Source: an uncultured Christensenella sp.
GTDB lineage: Bacteria; Bacillota; Clostridia; Christensenellales; UBA1242
Assembly (NCBI GenBank): GCA_905195085.1
Contig: CAJJUK010000001.1
Location: 41,719 to 105,718, forward strand
DNA length: 64,000 nucleotides
Reading direction: 5' to 3'
The notes under the pieces were generated by a model. The model saw only the letters and a list, made by a program, of their open reading frames with translations. It was not told the DNA's origin and did no database searches. Shown here piece after piece: positions 49,768 to 59,485 of the stretch (position 1 is the first letter of the stretch; each line of letters opens with the position of its first letter). The position numbers and the translations under genes are program-made.

Positions 49768-49819
49768 ACTATATTCCCCTTTTTAATAAGTTTTGTTGCC
49801 AATATGACGAAAAATAAAA

Positions 49820-49855
49820 GGCAAACTTACTTACATAAAAAGTTTACCTTTTTTT
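49820..49855. terminator. Hairpin terminator between the 193-aa gene and rny
   Basis: GGCAAACTT-acttacataaa-AAGTTTACC with T/A runs on both sides. Confidence 0.55.
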
Positions 49856-49926
49856 GACTTCTTTGTCAAATATTTATTAAATATTTTTATAAATACCAAT
49901 CAAAACACAAACAAATCGCAAGTTTT

Positions 49927-50508
49927 TTATCTGTCACCAAGTTCTCTTTTGGCTTCAGATTCAATCACCGCAATGGCATCATTCAAGACTTTTCTAGTTG
50001 CAGGATTTTTTCTTGCAATATCCGAATCTTTCAATGTAACCGTAAGATTTCTCGGATTCAGTCTGTTGCAATCCAGTGCAATAAAAGCAGGCTTATCTTC
50101 AATGATAGCTCTGAGTCCATGCAAAGAATTTTCTTGTTCAGAAGGTTCAAAATTGGTTTTGATAAAGTCATAAACATGAGCATCATTTCCCACCTTATCA
50201 CAAAGATAAACAGGCATTTTGTCGAAATTTACTGTCGGATAAAATTTTTCTTCGTATTCAAATCCTTTTGGAACAACACACTTTCTTTCAAAACGAACAC
50301 TGATATAAATTTTGCAATTTCTTATAATTTTTTTGATATCTTCTTCATTTTCTGCATCTTGATCTCTGAACACTTTGAGATATTCCCAATGTGCAGTCAC
50401 CTTACATACATAACCTGTGTAGTCAGAAGAACTCCCACCAGTCACTTGATTCAACGCTCTGCTCAAATCACCCAATTTGATTTTGTGAACTCTGTTTACC
50501 TTTTCCAT
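49927..50508 (-). CDS. Hypothetical soluble protein (193 aa)
   Basis: Clean ORF between clpX and rny. No motif recognised. Confidence 0.55.
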   Translation of the reverse strand: MEKVNRVHKIKLGDLSRALNQVTGGSSSDYTGYVCKVTAHWEYLKVFRDQDAENEEDIKKIIRNCKIYISVRFERKCVVPKGFEYEEKFYPTVNFDKMPVYLCDKVGNDAHVYDFIKTNFEPSEQENSLHGLRAIIEDKPAFIALDCNRLNPRNLTVTLKDSDIARKNPATRKVLNDAIAVIESEAKRELGDR

Positions 50509-50646
50509 CTTCCACCCTCTTTATTAAGAGTTTAACACAAAGCCATTTGCTTGTCAATACTGAATTTACGCATAAAAAATCGCCAGCGTAATGCCAGCGA
50601 AATTTTACAATTAATGTGATGTTAATTCAAAAAACATTCTTCTTCA

Positions 50647-51936
50647 TCAAACAGCCTCAGCATCAGATTCTTTTTTCTTTTCAACAAGAATCGGTGGTTC
50701 ACCATTTTCGATAAACCCTTTTGTGATGATGATTTTGTCATAAACTTTAGGATCAGGCAAGTCAAACATAAGTTCCAACATCTTTGTTTCCATGATTGTC
50801 CTGATTCCCCTTGCTCCAGTTTTCAAATCAATCGCCTTTTGAGCAACATAGGCAATTGCATCATCATCAAAATCAATGTCAAAACCATCAATTTTGAACA
50901 TTTGTTTGTATTGTTTGATTAAAGAATTTTTTGGTTCAACCAAAATTCTCTGAAGAGCCTTATCATCAAGGTCGTCAAGCCCTGTGATGATTGGGAGTCT
51001 TCCAACAAATTCTGGAATGAGACCAAACTTAATCAAATCATCAGGTTGAACATCTTTTGAATAGTCCAATTTTGCTTTTTCTTCTGAATTTTTGATGTTT
51101 GCGTTGAAACCAATTGCAGAAGTTGAAAGTCTTTTGTGAATGATGTCATCAAGCCCGACAAAAGCACCACCACAAATAAACAAAATGTTTGTGGTGTCAA
51201 TTTGAAGCATTTCTTGATGTGGATGTTTTCTTCCGCCTTGTGGTGGAACACTTGCAATTGTGCTTTCAATGATTTTCAAAAGTGCTTGTTGCACTCCCTC
51301 ACCGCCTACATCACGGGTCAAAGAGCGGTTTTCACTTTTTCTTGCCAATTTGTCGATTTCGTCAATATAGATGATGCCTCTCTGTGCCTTTTCAATGTCA
51401 TAGTCAGCATTTTGAATGAGTTTCAAAAGGACATTTTCAACATCTTCGCCCACATATCCGGCCTCTGTCAAAGTTGTCGCATCAGCAACCGCAAACGGAA
51501 CATCAAGGATTTTTGCCAAAGTTCTGACAAGCAATGTCTTCCCAGAACCAGTTGGTCCAATCATCAAGATGTTGCTTTTTTCAAGTTCAACATTTTGAGA
51601 ATCGATTTCTTTTTCTTTGTTTTTCTTGTTTGCTTTGTTGTGTTCGTTATAATTAATTCTTTTATAATGGTTAAAAACAGCAACAGAAAGCACTTTCTTT
51701 GCCTGTTCTTGACCAATTACGAAACTGTCCAAACTCTTTTTGATTTCTTTTGGAGAAGGCAACACCAAATCTTTGAAGACCCTAAGTTTCATATTTTCTT
51801 CTTTGATGATGTCAGCACAAATTCTTATGCAATCATCACAAATAAAGGCATCTCCATTTGGACTTGCAATCAATTTTTTTGCTGCTTTTTGCGGTCTGCC
51901 ACAAAAAGAACAAGCACACATTTCGATATCTTTCAT
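50647..51936 (-). CDS. clpX: ATP-dependent Clp protease ATP-binding subunit ClpX
   Basis: N-terminal C4 zinc finger (CSFCG...CDDC), Walker [11 protein letters not shown] and the IGF-like loop. Confidence 0.96.
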   Translation of the reverse strand: MKDIEMCACSFCGRPQKAAKKLIASPNGDAFICDDCIRICADIIKEENMKLRVFKDLVLPSPKEIKKSLDSFVIGQEQAKKVLSVAVFNHYKRINYNEHNKANKKNKEKEIDSQNVELEKSNILMIGPTGSGKTLLVRTLAKILDVPFAVADATTLTEAGYVGEDVENVLLKLIQNADYDIEKAQRGIIYIDEIDKLARKSENRSLTRDVGGEGVQQALLKIIESTIASVPPQGGRKHPHQEMLQIDTTNILFICGGAFVGLDDIIHKRLSTSAIGFNANIKNSEEKAKLDYSKDVQPDDLIKFGLIPEFVGRLPIITGLDDLDDKALQRILVEPKNSLIKQYKQMFKIDGFDIDFDDDAIAYVAQKAIDLKTGARGIRTIMETKMLELMFDLPDPKVYDKIIITKGFIENGEPPILVEKKKESDAEAV

Positions 51937-51945
51937 GCTATCCCC

Positions 51946-52539
51946 TTATTTTTTATTTGCTTTACGAGTGACAAAGATGTTGTCAATCAAACCATATTTC
52001 TTGGCTTCTTCAGCGGACATATAGTTGTCTCTGTCAGTATCTTTCTCAATTTCTTCCAAAGACTTGCCTGTGTTTTCGCTGAGAATTTTGTTGAGCATAT
52101 TCTTAGTCTTTTTCATATGCTTAGCCTGAATTTCAATGTCACTTGCCTGCCCTTGAGTTCCGCCAAGAGGTTGATGAATCATAATTTCGCTGTTAGGCAA
52201 AGCAAAACGCTTTCCTTTTGCGCCACTTGAGAGCAAGAAAGCTCCCATGGAAGCAGCAAGACCAACACAAATTGTTGAAACATCACATTTGATGTAGTTC
52301 ATAGTGTCATAGATGGCAATTCCGGCACTGACAGATCCGCCTGGACTGTTGATATACAAGAATATATCTTTGTCTGGGTTTTTGCCTTCCAAATAGATAA
52401 GTTGTGCAATGACAACATTGGCAGTTGCATCAGTAATTTCGCCGGTCAAAAAGATGATTCTGTCTTCCAAAAGTCTGGAATAGATATCATAAGATCTTTC
52501 ACTTGCACCTGTTTGGTCAACAACCATAGGTATCAACAT
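51946..52539 (-). CDS. clpP: ATP-dependent Clp protease proteolytic subunit
   Basis: [11 protein letters not shown], catalytic GLAASMG and IMIHQP. Confidence 0.96.
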   Translation of the reverse strand: MLIPMVVDQTGASERSYDIYSRLLEDRIIFLTGEITDATANVVIAQLIYLEGKNPDKDIFLYINSPGGSVSAGIAIYDTMNYIKCDVSTICVGLAASMGAFLLSSGAKGKRFALPNSEIMIHQPLGGTQGQASDIEIQAKHMKKTKNMLNKILSENTGKSLEEIEKDTDRDNYMSAEEAKKYGLIDNIFVTRKANKK

Positions 52540-52610
52540 AAAAACACCTCCATTTTCAACTTAACTTAAATTTTGGTTTATCTTGCGTGACAAAACAAAG
52601 TCAAATCAAA

Positions 52611-53885
52611 TTAGCAATTAGGGCAAGAATGTTGTTCTTCTTGGATAATTTCCAATTTGTTGTTTTCTTTCAAGAATTTGTGAAGTTTGTCAAGCAAGAG
52701 TTCGTTTTCTTTTCTAACGATTTCGTGACTGTCTTTCATTCCCTTTGTTGCTTCTTCAAGTTCTTTTGCAGAAACTTCGATTTTGTTTTCTTCAAGAAGT
52801 TTTCTATAGATATAACGAGTCTTGATCATCTTCAAAGTTCTTTCTTTTGCACCTTTCAAATAGTCTTGCAAGTTAGAACCAGTTTGAGTGAGATAGTCTT
52901 CCAAAGTGATATTATATGCACCAAGAGCATCTCTCATTCTTTGAACGTCGTCGTTAACTGCGTTTTCCACCATAACTTCAGGAATTTCCACCTTAGTGTT
53001 TGCAAGCAAATATTCCCTCATGTTGTATTCAAATTCATCCTCAAATTGCTTGTCCTTCATATCTTGAATATGAGCAGTTAAATCTTTTCTATACTCTTCA
53101 ACAGTTTCAAATTCTGTCGTATCAGCAACAAATTTGTCATTGAACTCTGGCAAAGTTTTTTCTCTAACATCGTTGACAACAACTTTAAAGAGTGCTTTTT
53201 TGCCTTTAAATTCTTCTGCTTGATAGTTTTCAGGGAAAGTCACATTGACATCAACCTTGTCACCTTTCTTGTGTCCAATGAGTTGGTCTTCAAAGTTGTC
53301 AATGAAACTGTGAGAACCAATTTCAAGAGGATAATCTTTTGCAGCACCACCATCAAAAGCAACATCATCAATGTATCCAGTGAAGTCAATCAAAGCGCTG
53401 TCGCCGTTTTTGATTTCTCTGTCAACAGAAACAAACTTTGCGTTATCTTCAAGAAGATGATGGATTTGATGTTCAATGTCATGTTCTGTCACTTCTTTGC
53501 TGTGAACTTTGATTGTAACATCTTTATATTTGCACAATTCAAAGTCAGGAACGATATCAAAGAAGATTTTCATTTTGAGACCATCGTTTGCTGTGAAACT
53601 TTCAAATTGAGTTGTTGGCATTGCAACAGGTTCAAGTTCTGGGTTTTGAGCAAGAACTTCGCCGATTGTGTCGTTAACAAATTTTTCTACAGTATCTTCA
53701 AAAAACACGCTGTCACCATAAAGTTGTTCAATAACTTTTCTTGGAGCATGTCCCTTTCTAAAACCTTCAATATTAAATTTGCTTTTTGAGGATTCATAAA
53801 CTTGTTGAACCCCTTTTTCCCATTCAACATTGTCAATAGACAAGTCAATTTCTACTTTTGTATTTTCTTTTTTTACACTAAACAT
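52611..53885 (-). CDS. tig: Trigger factor
   Basis: The GFRKGHAP ribosome-binding motif, a central FKBP domain and its position upstream of clpP-clpX. Confidence 0.94.
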   Translation of the reverse strand: MFSVKKENTKVEIDLSIDNVEWEKGVQQVYESSKSKFNIEGFRKGHAPRKVIEQLYGDSVFFEDTVEKFVNDTIGEVLAQNPELEPVAMPTTQFESFTANDGLKMKIFFDIVPDFELCKYKDVTIKVHSKEVTEHDIEHQIHHLLEDNAKFVSVDREIKNGDSALIDFTGYIDDVAFDGGAAKDYPLEIGSHSFIDNFEDQLIGHKKGDKVDVNVTFPENYQAEEFKGKKALFKVVVNDVREKTLPEFNDKFVADTTEFETVEEYRKDLTAHIQDMKDKQFEDEFEYNMREYLLANTKVEIPEVMVENAVNDDVQRMRDALGAYNITLEDYLTQTGSNLQDYLKGAKERTLKMIKTRYIYRKLLEENKIEVSAKELEEATKGMKDSHEIVRKENELLLDKLHKFLKENNKLEIIQEEQHSCPNC

Positions 53886-54070
53886 TTTTACCTCCGTTGT
53901 TTAACTGATAGATTTTAGCATATCAAAGAGCAAAAAGCAACAAATATTGACACATAAACAGGCATTTTTTGTCGAAAATTGCAAGATTATGCCTATTGTC
54001 AACCCTCAAGAACCCCAAAAAATTATTTTTATTTGCAAATAATCACAAAATCTCCAAAAATTTGTGATAT

Positions 54071-54107
54071 AAATTAGATAAATCAAGATGTTGTGAGTGT
54101 TATGCAA
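54071..54107. repeat. Repeat-family unit upstream of the recombinase gene
   Basis: AAATTAGATAAATCAAGATGTTGTGAGTGTTATGCAA shares AATTAGAT...AGATGTTGTG..TTATGCAA with unit 4109-4150. Confidence 0.7.
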
Positions 54108-54189
54108 AAGAAAAACTAAATATAGAACAAAGCAAGTTAGCCAAAGCAAAGAAAAGTTTCTTATTTACATAACTTTATTTTTCATTTGT

Positions 54190-54217
54190 TTGATTTTTAT
54201 TTTATTTTTGCTATAAT
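54190..54217 (+). promoter_or_regulatory. Sigma-A-type promoter abutting the recombinase start codon
   Basis: TTGATT, 16-nt spacer, TG-c-TATAAT. Only 6 nt (aaaaac) separate the -10 from ATG 54224 and there is no SD. Confidence 0.5.
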
Positions 54218-54223
54218 AAAAAC

Positions 54224-55267
54224 ATGAGTAAATTGTCTTATTATGAAAAAAGAGATTTGTTAAATATGCAGAGAATTGGAAACTATCTTTCCACTTTGCC
54301 TGAATATTGCTATGATTTCTTCACGGGAATTGAAAACAACACTTCCAGCCTAACCCGTGTGAACTATGCCATGGATTTGTGTGTCTTTTTTGATTATTTG
54401 GAAAAATATGTCTTCAGAAAACCAAAGATTCAAATCACTCTTGATGACTTAAATCAAATTCAATCAAGAAACATAGAAAATTTTCTCTCATATTTGTCTT
54501 TCTATCAAAACGATGAGAACAAGATGATTAAAAACACAGAAAAGGGAAAAGCCAGAAAACTTGCAAGCATCAGAAGTTTTTTCAAATATCTTTTCAATCA
54601 TGATTTGATAAAGGCCAATGTTGCCAGCAAAGTTGAGACTCCAAAACTTCACAACAAAGAAATCATAAGACTTGAACAAGACGAAGTTGAGCGTATGCTT
54701 GATGCCGTTCAATCACCAACAACCTTCACAGAAAGACAAAAACATTACAACAAAAACACCCAAGAGCGAGATAACGCCATTGTCACCTTATTCCTTGGAA
54801 CTGGCATAAGAATCTCCGAGCTTGTTGGTCTCAATGTTGAGGACTTTGATTTTTCTCAAAATGCTTTCAAAGTGACAAGAAAAGGTGGAAATCAGACCAT
54901 TTTATATTTCTCTCGAGAAGTTGCCGAAGCCCTGCAGGAATGGCTCAGAAAAAGAGAAACACTCAAACTCAACGAAGATGAAAACGCCATGTTTGTCTCC
55001 CTTCAAAACAAAAGAATCTGTGTTCGTGCAGTGGAAAATCTTGTCAAAAAGTTTGCAAAAGAGGGAAGTCCTTTGAAAAAAATCTCTCCACACAAACTTC
55101 GTTCCACTTTTGGCACAAATTTGTATAGAGAAACAAAAGACATCTACATTGTCGCCGATGTGTTGGGACATAAAGATGTCAACACAACCAGAAAACACTA
55201 CGCAGCAATCAGTGAAGATATGAGAAAGTCTGTCGCAAACGTAGTCAAAATTCATAATGATGATTAA
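54224..55267 (+). CDS. Tyrosine site-specific recombinase (XerC/XerD/XerS-like)
   Basis: C-terminal catalytic residues fit: GTGIRISEL (Arg), HKLRSTF (H-x-x-R) and LGHKDVNTTRKHY (His...Tyr). The N-terminal SAM-like domain is present. ATG 54266 is an alternative start. Confidence 0.88.
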   Translation: MSKLSYYEKRDLLNMQRIGNYLSTLPEYCYDFFTGIENNTSSLTRVNYAMDLCVFFDYLEKYVFRKPKIQITLDDLNQIQSRNIENFLSYLSFYQNDENKMIKNTEKGKARKLASIRSFFKYLFNHDLIKANVASKVETPKLHNKEIIRLEQDEVERMLDAVQSPTTFTERQKHYNKNTQERDNAIVTLFLGTGIRISELVGLNVEDFDFSQNAFKVTRKGGNQTILYFSREVAEALQEWLRKRETLKLNEDENAMFVSLQNKRICVRAVENLVKKFAKEGSPLKKISPHKLRSTFGTNLYRETKDIYIVADVLGHKDVNTTRKHYAAISEDMRKSVANVVKIHNDD

Positions 55268-55270
55268 GTC

Positions 55271-55313
55271 ATTGCATAATACCATATAAGTTGTGATTAT
55301 TTGGCATAATACA
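55271..55313. repeat. Repeat-family unit downstream of the recombinase gene
   Basis: TTGCATAATACC-atataag-TTGTGATTATT-TGGCATAATACAC is homologous along its length to 57311-57354. Confidence 0.75.
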
Positions 55314-55347
55314 CTATATATGGTATTTTTTATTGCTCATAATTTAT

Positions 55348-56523
55348 TTACACCATCCAATCAACATAGACACCATAACCCTTTGTTGGGTCATTTAAAA
55401 ACACGTGCGTCACAGCACCAACAATTTTCCCGTCTTGAATGATTGGAGAACCACTCATACCCTGGACAATCCCCCCTGTCATTTCAAGCAGACGCTTGTC
55501 TTTAACTCTGAAAACAAGGCTTTTGTCATCGGCAGACTTTTGATAGTTTGCTTTTATTATCTCAATTTCATATTCTTCTCTGATTCCACTGATGCTTGAA
55601 GCAATGTAGGCTTTTCCCATTTTCACACCCAGTCGTCCACCAAGTTTTGCAGTGACATTCTCGTCAACAAGCCCCTTAACATCACTCAAAACACCATTAA
55701 TACCAAATTTGGAATTGTTTTCAATCGTTCCCTTGCTTTTGGAATTTGAAACAAAAACACATCTCAGTTCTCCTGGAGCATTTCTTTTTCCTTTGTTTAT
55801 ACCGATCAAATTGCATTCATAAATGTTGCCATTTGCCACAGGCACAACATTCCCACTATTTGCTTCGACAATCGGATGCCCCAAAGCTCCATATTCCTTG
55901 GTTTTCTTGTTGACAAATGTCAAAGTTCCAACTCCAGTTATGTCGTCTTTGACCCACAAACCTAGTTTAAGTTTTCCAGAATTTTCATCTCTAGTGGTTT
56001 TTATCAGAGTCTTGAGCTCCTTGTTTTTCCTTAGAAACTTAACTTCCGCTTCTTCTCCGCTTTCCTGCAAAATATCCTCAATTTGGCTTAAACTTTCAAT
56101 CTCTTGTCCGTTAATCTGCGTGATAATGTCTCCCTCTTTCAAAGAAGTTACAATGTCATTTTCTTCACTGACAACAATTGCTCCGTCAGAGCATATAGAA
56201 AGTCCAATCGGAACCCCACCAACATAATATTCATCATCGCTTGCCAAGACAACATCAACTTTTTTAATTGGAATGAATCCAAACAGTTTGAATACCACTT
56301 CTCCCTGTTTGACTTTTTGTCCACCAACAATCTTTTCTTTTTCCTTCAATTCAGCCTTGAAAAAGTCGCCAAACGTCTTATTTTCATTGACCGACTCAAT
56401 GTCGTTTAATTCAACCAAAAAACCATTTTCCAAACTCATAATTTCCTGCAATGGAAAATATATAGAACAGCAAAGAAAAACAATTAAAAACAAAGAGAAA
56501 AATGTAATAGAATATTTTTTCAT
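55348..56523 (-). CDS. spoIVB: SpoIVB sporulation signalling peptidase (S55)
   Basis: Signal anchor, PDZ domain and the S55 core GVGTLTFVNKKTKEYGALGHPI...GMSGSPI. Confidence 0.92.
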   Translation of the reverse strand: MKKYSITFFSLFLIVFLCCSIYFPLQEIMSLENGFLVELNDIESVNENKTFGDFFKAELKEKEKIVGGQKVKQGEVVFKLFGFIPIKKVDVVLASDDEYYVGGVPIGLSICSDGAIVVSEENDIVTSLKEGDIITQINGQEIESLSQIEDILQESGEEAEVKFLRKNKELKTLIKTTRDENSGKLKLGLWVKDDITGVGTLTFVNKKTKEYGALGHPIVEANSGNVVPVANGNIYECNLIGINKGKRNAPGELRCVFVSNSKSKGTIENNSKFGINGVLSDVKGLVDENVTAKLGGRLGVKMGKAYIASSISGIREEYEIEIIKANYQKSADDKSLVFRVKDKRLLEMTGGIVQGMSGSPIIQDGKIVGAVTHVFLNDPTKGYGVYVDWMV

Positions 56524-56610
56524 AACTGCTTTTAGTCTTTGTAATATTTGAAAAAATATGCCATATTCAAAAATAAAAATCTGACCATAAAGCCAGATCT
56601 TTTAATACTT

Positions 56611-57240
56611 TTAGAAAGCTGTCTTAAGAACAAATGAAAATTGACTAAGCTCTTTCTTAAGTGCTTTGTAATTAGGACAAAGTTTTTCCAAGTCTTTCCA
56701 AAACTGTGGTTTGTGATTCATATGAATGCTGTGACACAATTCATGATAAATAACATACCTAATCAACCTTTCTGGCAAAACAAGCAGTTTGAAGTTCAAT
56801 TTCATCTGTCCTTTTGAATTATAACTTCCCCAAACACGCACAGAATTAGAAGGCTTAATTTCTTTGAATTTAAGCCCTGTCTCTTTTGACAACTTATCTG
56901 CAAGTTCTTCCAGTTTCCAAAACAATGACAAATAATATTTCCTTATTTCTTCCCATTTGTTCTTTGCGCTCAACTTCTCAAAACCAATGCTGATTTCATT
57001 TGTGGAAATGAATTGTTTCCCATCAAGATAAATAAATTTTTCAAAGTCGAAAGCAGTAGAAAACTGTTCTGTTTCTTTCATTCTTTTTGTAACACGATTC
57101 AGCCAATTCGCCTTGCTCTTCAAAAACTCTTCAATCTTTTTGTCACTGATGCTTTTTGGGGCTTTCAAAATGGCATTCTCACTGTCAATCACTTTCAGAG
57201 CAATCGTTTTTCTTTGTTCTTTGATAAGTTTGATTTTCAT
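56611..57240 (-). CDS. DUF45/YgjP-type zinc metallopeptidase (M48-like)
   Basis: C-terminal YVIYHELCHSIHMNHKPQFW contains HExxH in the DUF45 context. ~209 aa. Confidence 0.8.
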   Translation of the reverse strand: MKIKLIKEQRKTIALKVIDSENAILKAPKSISDKKIEEFLKSKANWLNRVTKRMKETEQFSTAFDFEKFIYLDGKQFISTNEISIGFEKLSAKNKWEEIRKYYLSLFWKLEELADKLSKETGLKFKEIKPSNSVRVWGSYNSKGQMKLNFKLLVLPERLIRYVIYHELCHSIHMNHKPQFWKDLEKLCPNYKALKKELSQFSFVLKTAF

Positions 57241-57310
57241 GCCTATATGATAACACTTTTGAAATCAAAAATCAAAAGATTTTGACTTTGTCCAAATATT
57301 TGATCAATTT

Positions 57311-57400
57311 TTGCATATTACCACCATATCTTGTGTCTTATGTTGCATATCACCATAATATTTTGTTATAGTATGCAATTAAATTTTTTTGCATAATACC
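57311..57400. repeat. Densest cluster of repeat-family half-sites (five in 90 bp)
   Basis: TTGCATATTACC (57311), TTGTGTCTTATG (57331), TTGCATATCACC (57343), TTGTTATAGTATGCAA (57363) and TTGCATAATACC (57389). The cluster ends 11 nt (57401-57411) before the -35 of the PadR-like gene. Confidence 0.8.
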
Positions 57401-57411
57401 CCTTAATTTAT

Positions 57412-57440
57412 TTGACAAATATTGTTTGTATATATATAAT
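57412..57440 (+). promoter_or_regulatory. Consensus sigma-A promoter of the PadR-like gene
   Basis: TTGACA, exactly 17 nt, TATAAT. An SD (TAGGAG) and ATG 57463 follow. Confidence 0.7.
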
Positions 57441-57462
57441 TTTGTTATAGGAGAATTGTAAT

Positions 57463-59334
57463 ATGGCATTTAATTCAAATGGTCAAATTCAATTTTTGGT
57501 ATTAGACAGCCTTTCACATGGTTCCAAATATGGTTTGGAAATCATAGAATTTATCTCTCAAAGAACTGGCGGAAATTATATAATGAAAAAGCCAACCCTT
57601 TATTCATGTTTGACAAGAATGGAAAAGAAAGGTTTGGTTTCATCTTCATATTGGGGAGAAAGCGAATTTGGTGGCAAAAGACACTACTACACCATAACAA
57701 ATGAAGGTAAGAAAGTTTTGGAACAACTTGCTCCAGAATTTGAAGGTATGCAATTCAACACAGAAAAAGAAACCAGCGAAGAGACAAGCTCTAATTTAAG
57801 CGACAACGCTGTTTCAAGTGGATATAACTCAACCGATCAAGAAACCACGAAAGAAGACAAGCCTATCTTTTTGCAACAAGACAGCATTTTTAATATGGTT
57901 AAGAACGAAGAAAACAAAAACTCACAAACAATAAGCGCCCAACAAACCAATGAGGACGATGGGGTTGTTGAAAATCAAATGGATTTCTTCTCATATCAAC
58001 CTGAACAAACTGAAACTGTTGAAAATGAGAACGAAACTTTCTCATTTAACAACTCTGCCGAAAACAACGACACACAAAAAGACTCAAATTCGGCAGAAGA
58101 ATTTAATGAAAACACTCAAGATCAAGATTATGAAAAAATTCAATATTATCAAAACATCCTTGAAACCAATTCCTATCCACAGCAACCAGAGACAGAAGAG
58201 ATAAAGGACGATGCAAAACTCTTGGATGAAGACGAAAAATTGACCCTTACCCCTTTCCAAGAAGAACAAAACAGAAGATTGTATGACACTTCAAGCGAAC
58301 TCAAGAAATATAGAAAGAAAAAATCTTTCTCTGAAAACCAGATTGAAATGTCTGTTGTTTATGAAAATGCTGAAGATAGAGAAATTCAAAAAGCAAGAAT
58401 CGAACAACTTAAACAGTCAATGTTGAATGCAAGACAAAACGGATTTGACAACATTCAGCAACCTGCAACATTTGGACAATCACAAACAAACGAAAATGCA
58501 TCACAAACCGGCATTGACAGTGGTTTTTCTTATAAGAAAGAAGAAATCTCAGAAGATGTTGTGAGTGGAGAAGAAGAACGCAAAGATGACGCCATTTTCA
58601 TCACAAACCCAAGAATTGACGAAAGCCAAATTCCAATTCAAAAGAAGATTACCCCACCAAACATCGAAGTTAACATCTATGATGACAATTTGCCTGCACC
58701 AAAGCGTGACAGCAATTTGGAACCTACCTACAAAGACATGATGGCAAAACTCTTTGAACGTAAAAAAGAGAAAAAACAAGCTGAATACATTCCACAAACT
58801 GAAGAAAGTCAAAACTATTCAGATATGGAAAGTTTTGCAGACTATGGAACTTTGAAAAAGTACTATTCTGGACACGGCATTGATTTCAAGGAATATAAGA
58901 AAACATCAGTCGAAAGAAATCACAACACCAACCTGCTCAAATTCATAAATTCTGCGATATTGCTTCTTTTGGCTGGCGTTGGTTGTGGAGTGCTTTATGG
59001 AATTTTGAGCGCGGTAGGTTTGACTAAAGCAGAGACCAATTTCATGTATTACACCCTGCCTATTCTCTTCCTTGTATATTTCATTTACACATTGATTGTT
59101 TACAAAGTTTCAATAAGCAAAAAAGCAGTATTAATTTACAACAGCATAATAAACTGGGCAGTTTTTGTATTGGCATCAATCGTTGTTTTGGTAATCAACA
59201 TCATTTGTGGAATGCAATATGAAACAATGGGAGAATTCTTAACCACCCTCCTGGTGCCAATCTTAGGACTTTTGATTGCATTTCCTGTCAATTACTACAT
59301 CAAGAAATTTATTTATAAAAAATTTGCTAAATAA
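57463..59334 (+). CDS. Membrane-tethered PadR-family winged-helix protein with long low-complexity linker
   Basis: aa 1-95 form a PadR wHTH (GSKYGLEIIEFI...KPTLYSCLTRMEKKGLVSS...HYYTITNEGKKVL). ~380 aa of E/N/Q/T/D-rich linker follow. The C-terminal ~130 aa carry 4 hydrophobic helices. Confidence 0.75.
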   Translation: MAFNSNGQIQFLVLDSLSHGSKYGLEIIEFISQRTGGNYIMKKPTLYSCLTRMEKKGLVSSSYWGESEFGGKRHYYTITNEGKKVLEQLAPEFEGMQFNTEKETSEETSSNLSDNAVSSGYNSTDQETTKEDKPIFLQQDSIFNMVKNEENKNSQTISAQQTNEDDGVVENQMDFFSYQPEQTETVENENETFSFNNSAENNDTQKDSNSAEEFNENTQDQDYEKIQYYQNILETNSYPQQPETEEIKDDAKLLDEDEKLTLTPFQEEQNRRLYDTSSELKKYRKKKSFSENQIEMSVVYENAEDREIQKARIEQLKQSMLNARQNGFDNIQQPATFGQSQTNENASQTGIDSGFSYKKEEISEDVVSGEEERKDDAIFITNPRIDESQIPIQKKITPPNIEVNIYDDNLPAPKRDSNLEPTYKDMMAKLFERKKEKKQAEYIPQTEESQNYSDMESFADYGTLKKYYSGHGIDFKEYKKTSVERNHNTNLLKFINSAILLLLAGVGCGVLYGILSAVGLTKAETNFMYYTLPILFLVYFIYTLIVYKVSISKKAVLIYNSIINWAVFVLASIVVLVINIICGMQYETMGEFLTTLLVPILGLLIAFPVNYYIKKFIYKKFAK

Positions 59335-59408
59335 ATGCATATTTAAAAAATTTTGACGCACTATATAAGTAAGTTAAGATTTCCAGAGAGAAAACTTAAC
59401 TTAAAAAC

Positions 59409-59463
59409 GAAAAGAGATATTTTAGTTCGTGCAGAACAAAACAATCATCTCTTTTCTTTTTTT
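59409..59463. terminator. Bidirectional terminator between convergent genes
   Basis: GAAAAGAGAT...ATCTCTTTTC is a 10-bp stem with a 28-nt loop that has an inner GTTC/GAAC stem. T7 follows and an A-run precedes. Confidence 0.55.
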
Positions 59464-59485
59464 ATCTCCTAAAATTCTTATATCT

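Noticed and set aside
50580-50612. Possible clpX terminator at TCGCCAGCGTAATGCCAGCGA.
   Set aside because: The two GCCAGCG blocks are direct repeats, not inverted, so no stable hairpin forms.
54224-55267. The recombinase as a marker of a prophage or integrative element.
   Set aside because: There are no phage, conjugation or cargo genes, no tRNA target and no long direct repeats around it. The neighbours are core genes (tig, spoIVB). A chromosomal Xer-type function is more likely.
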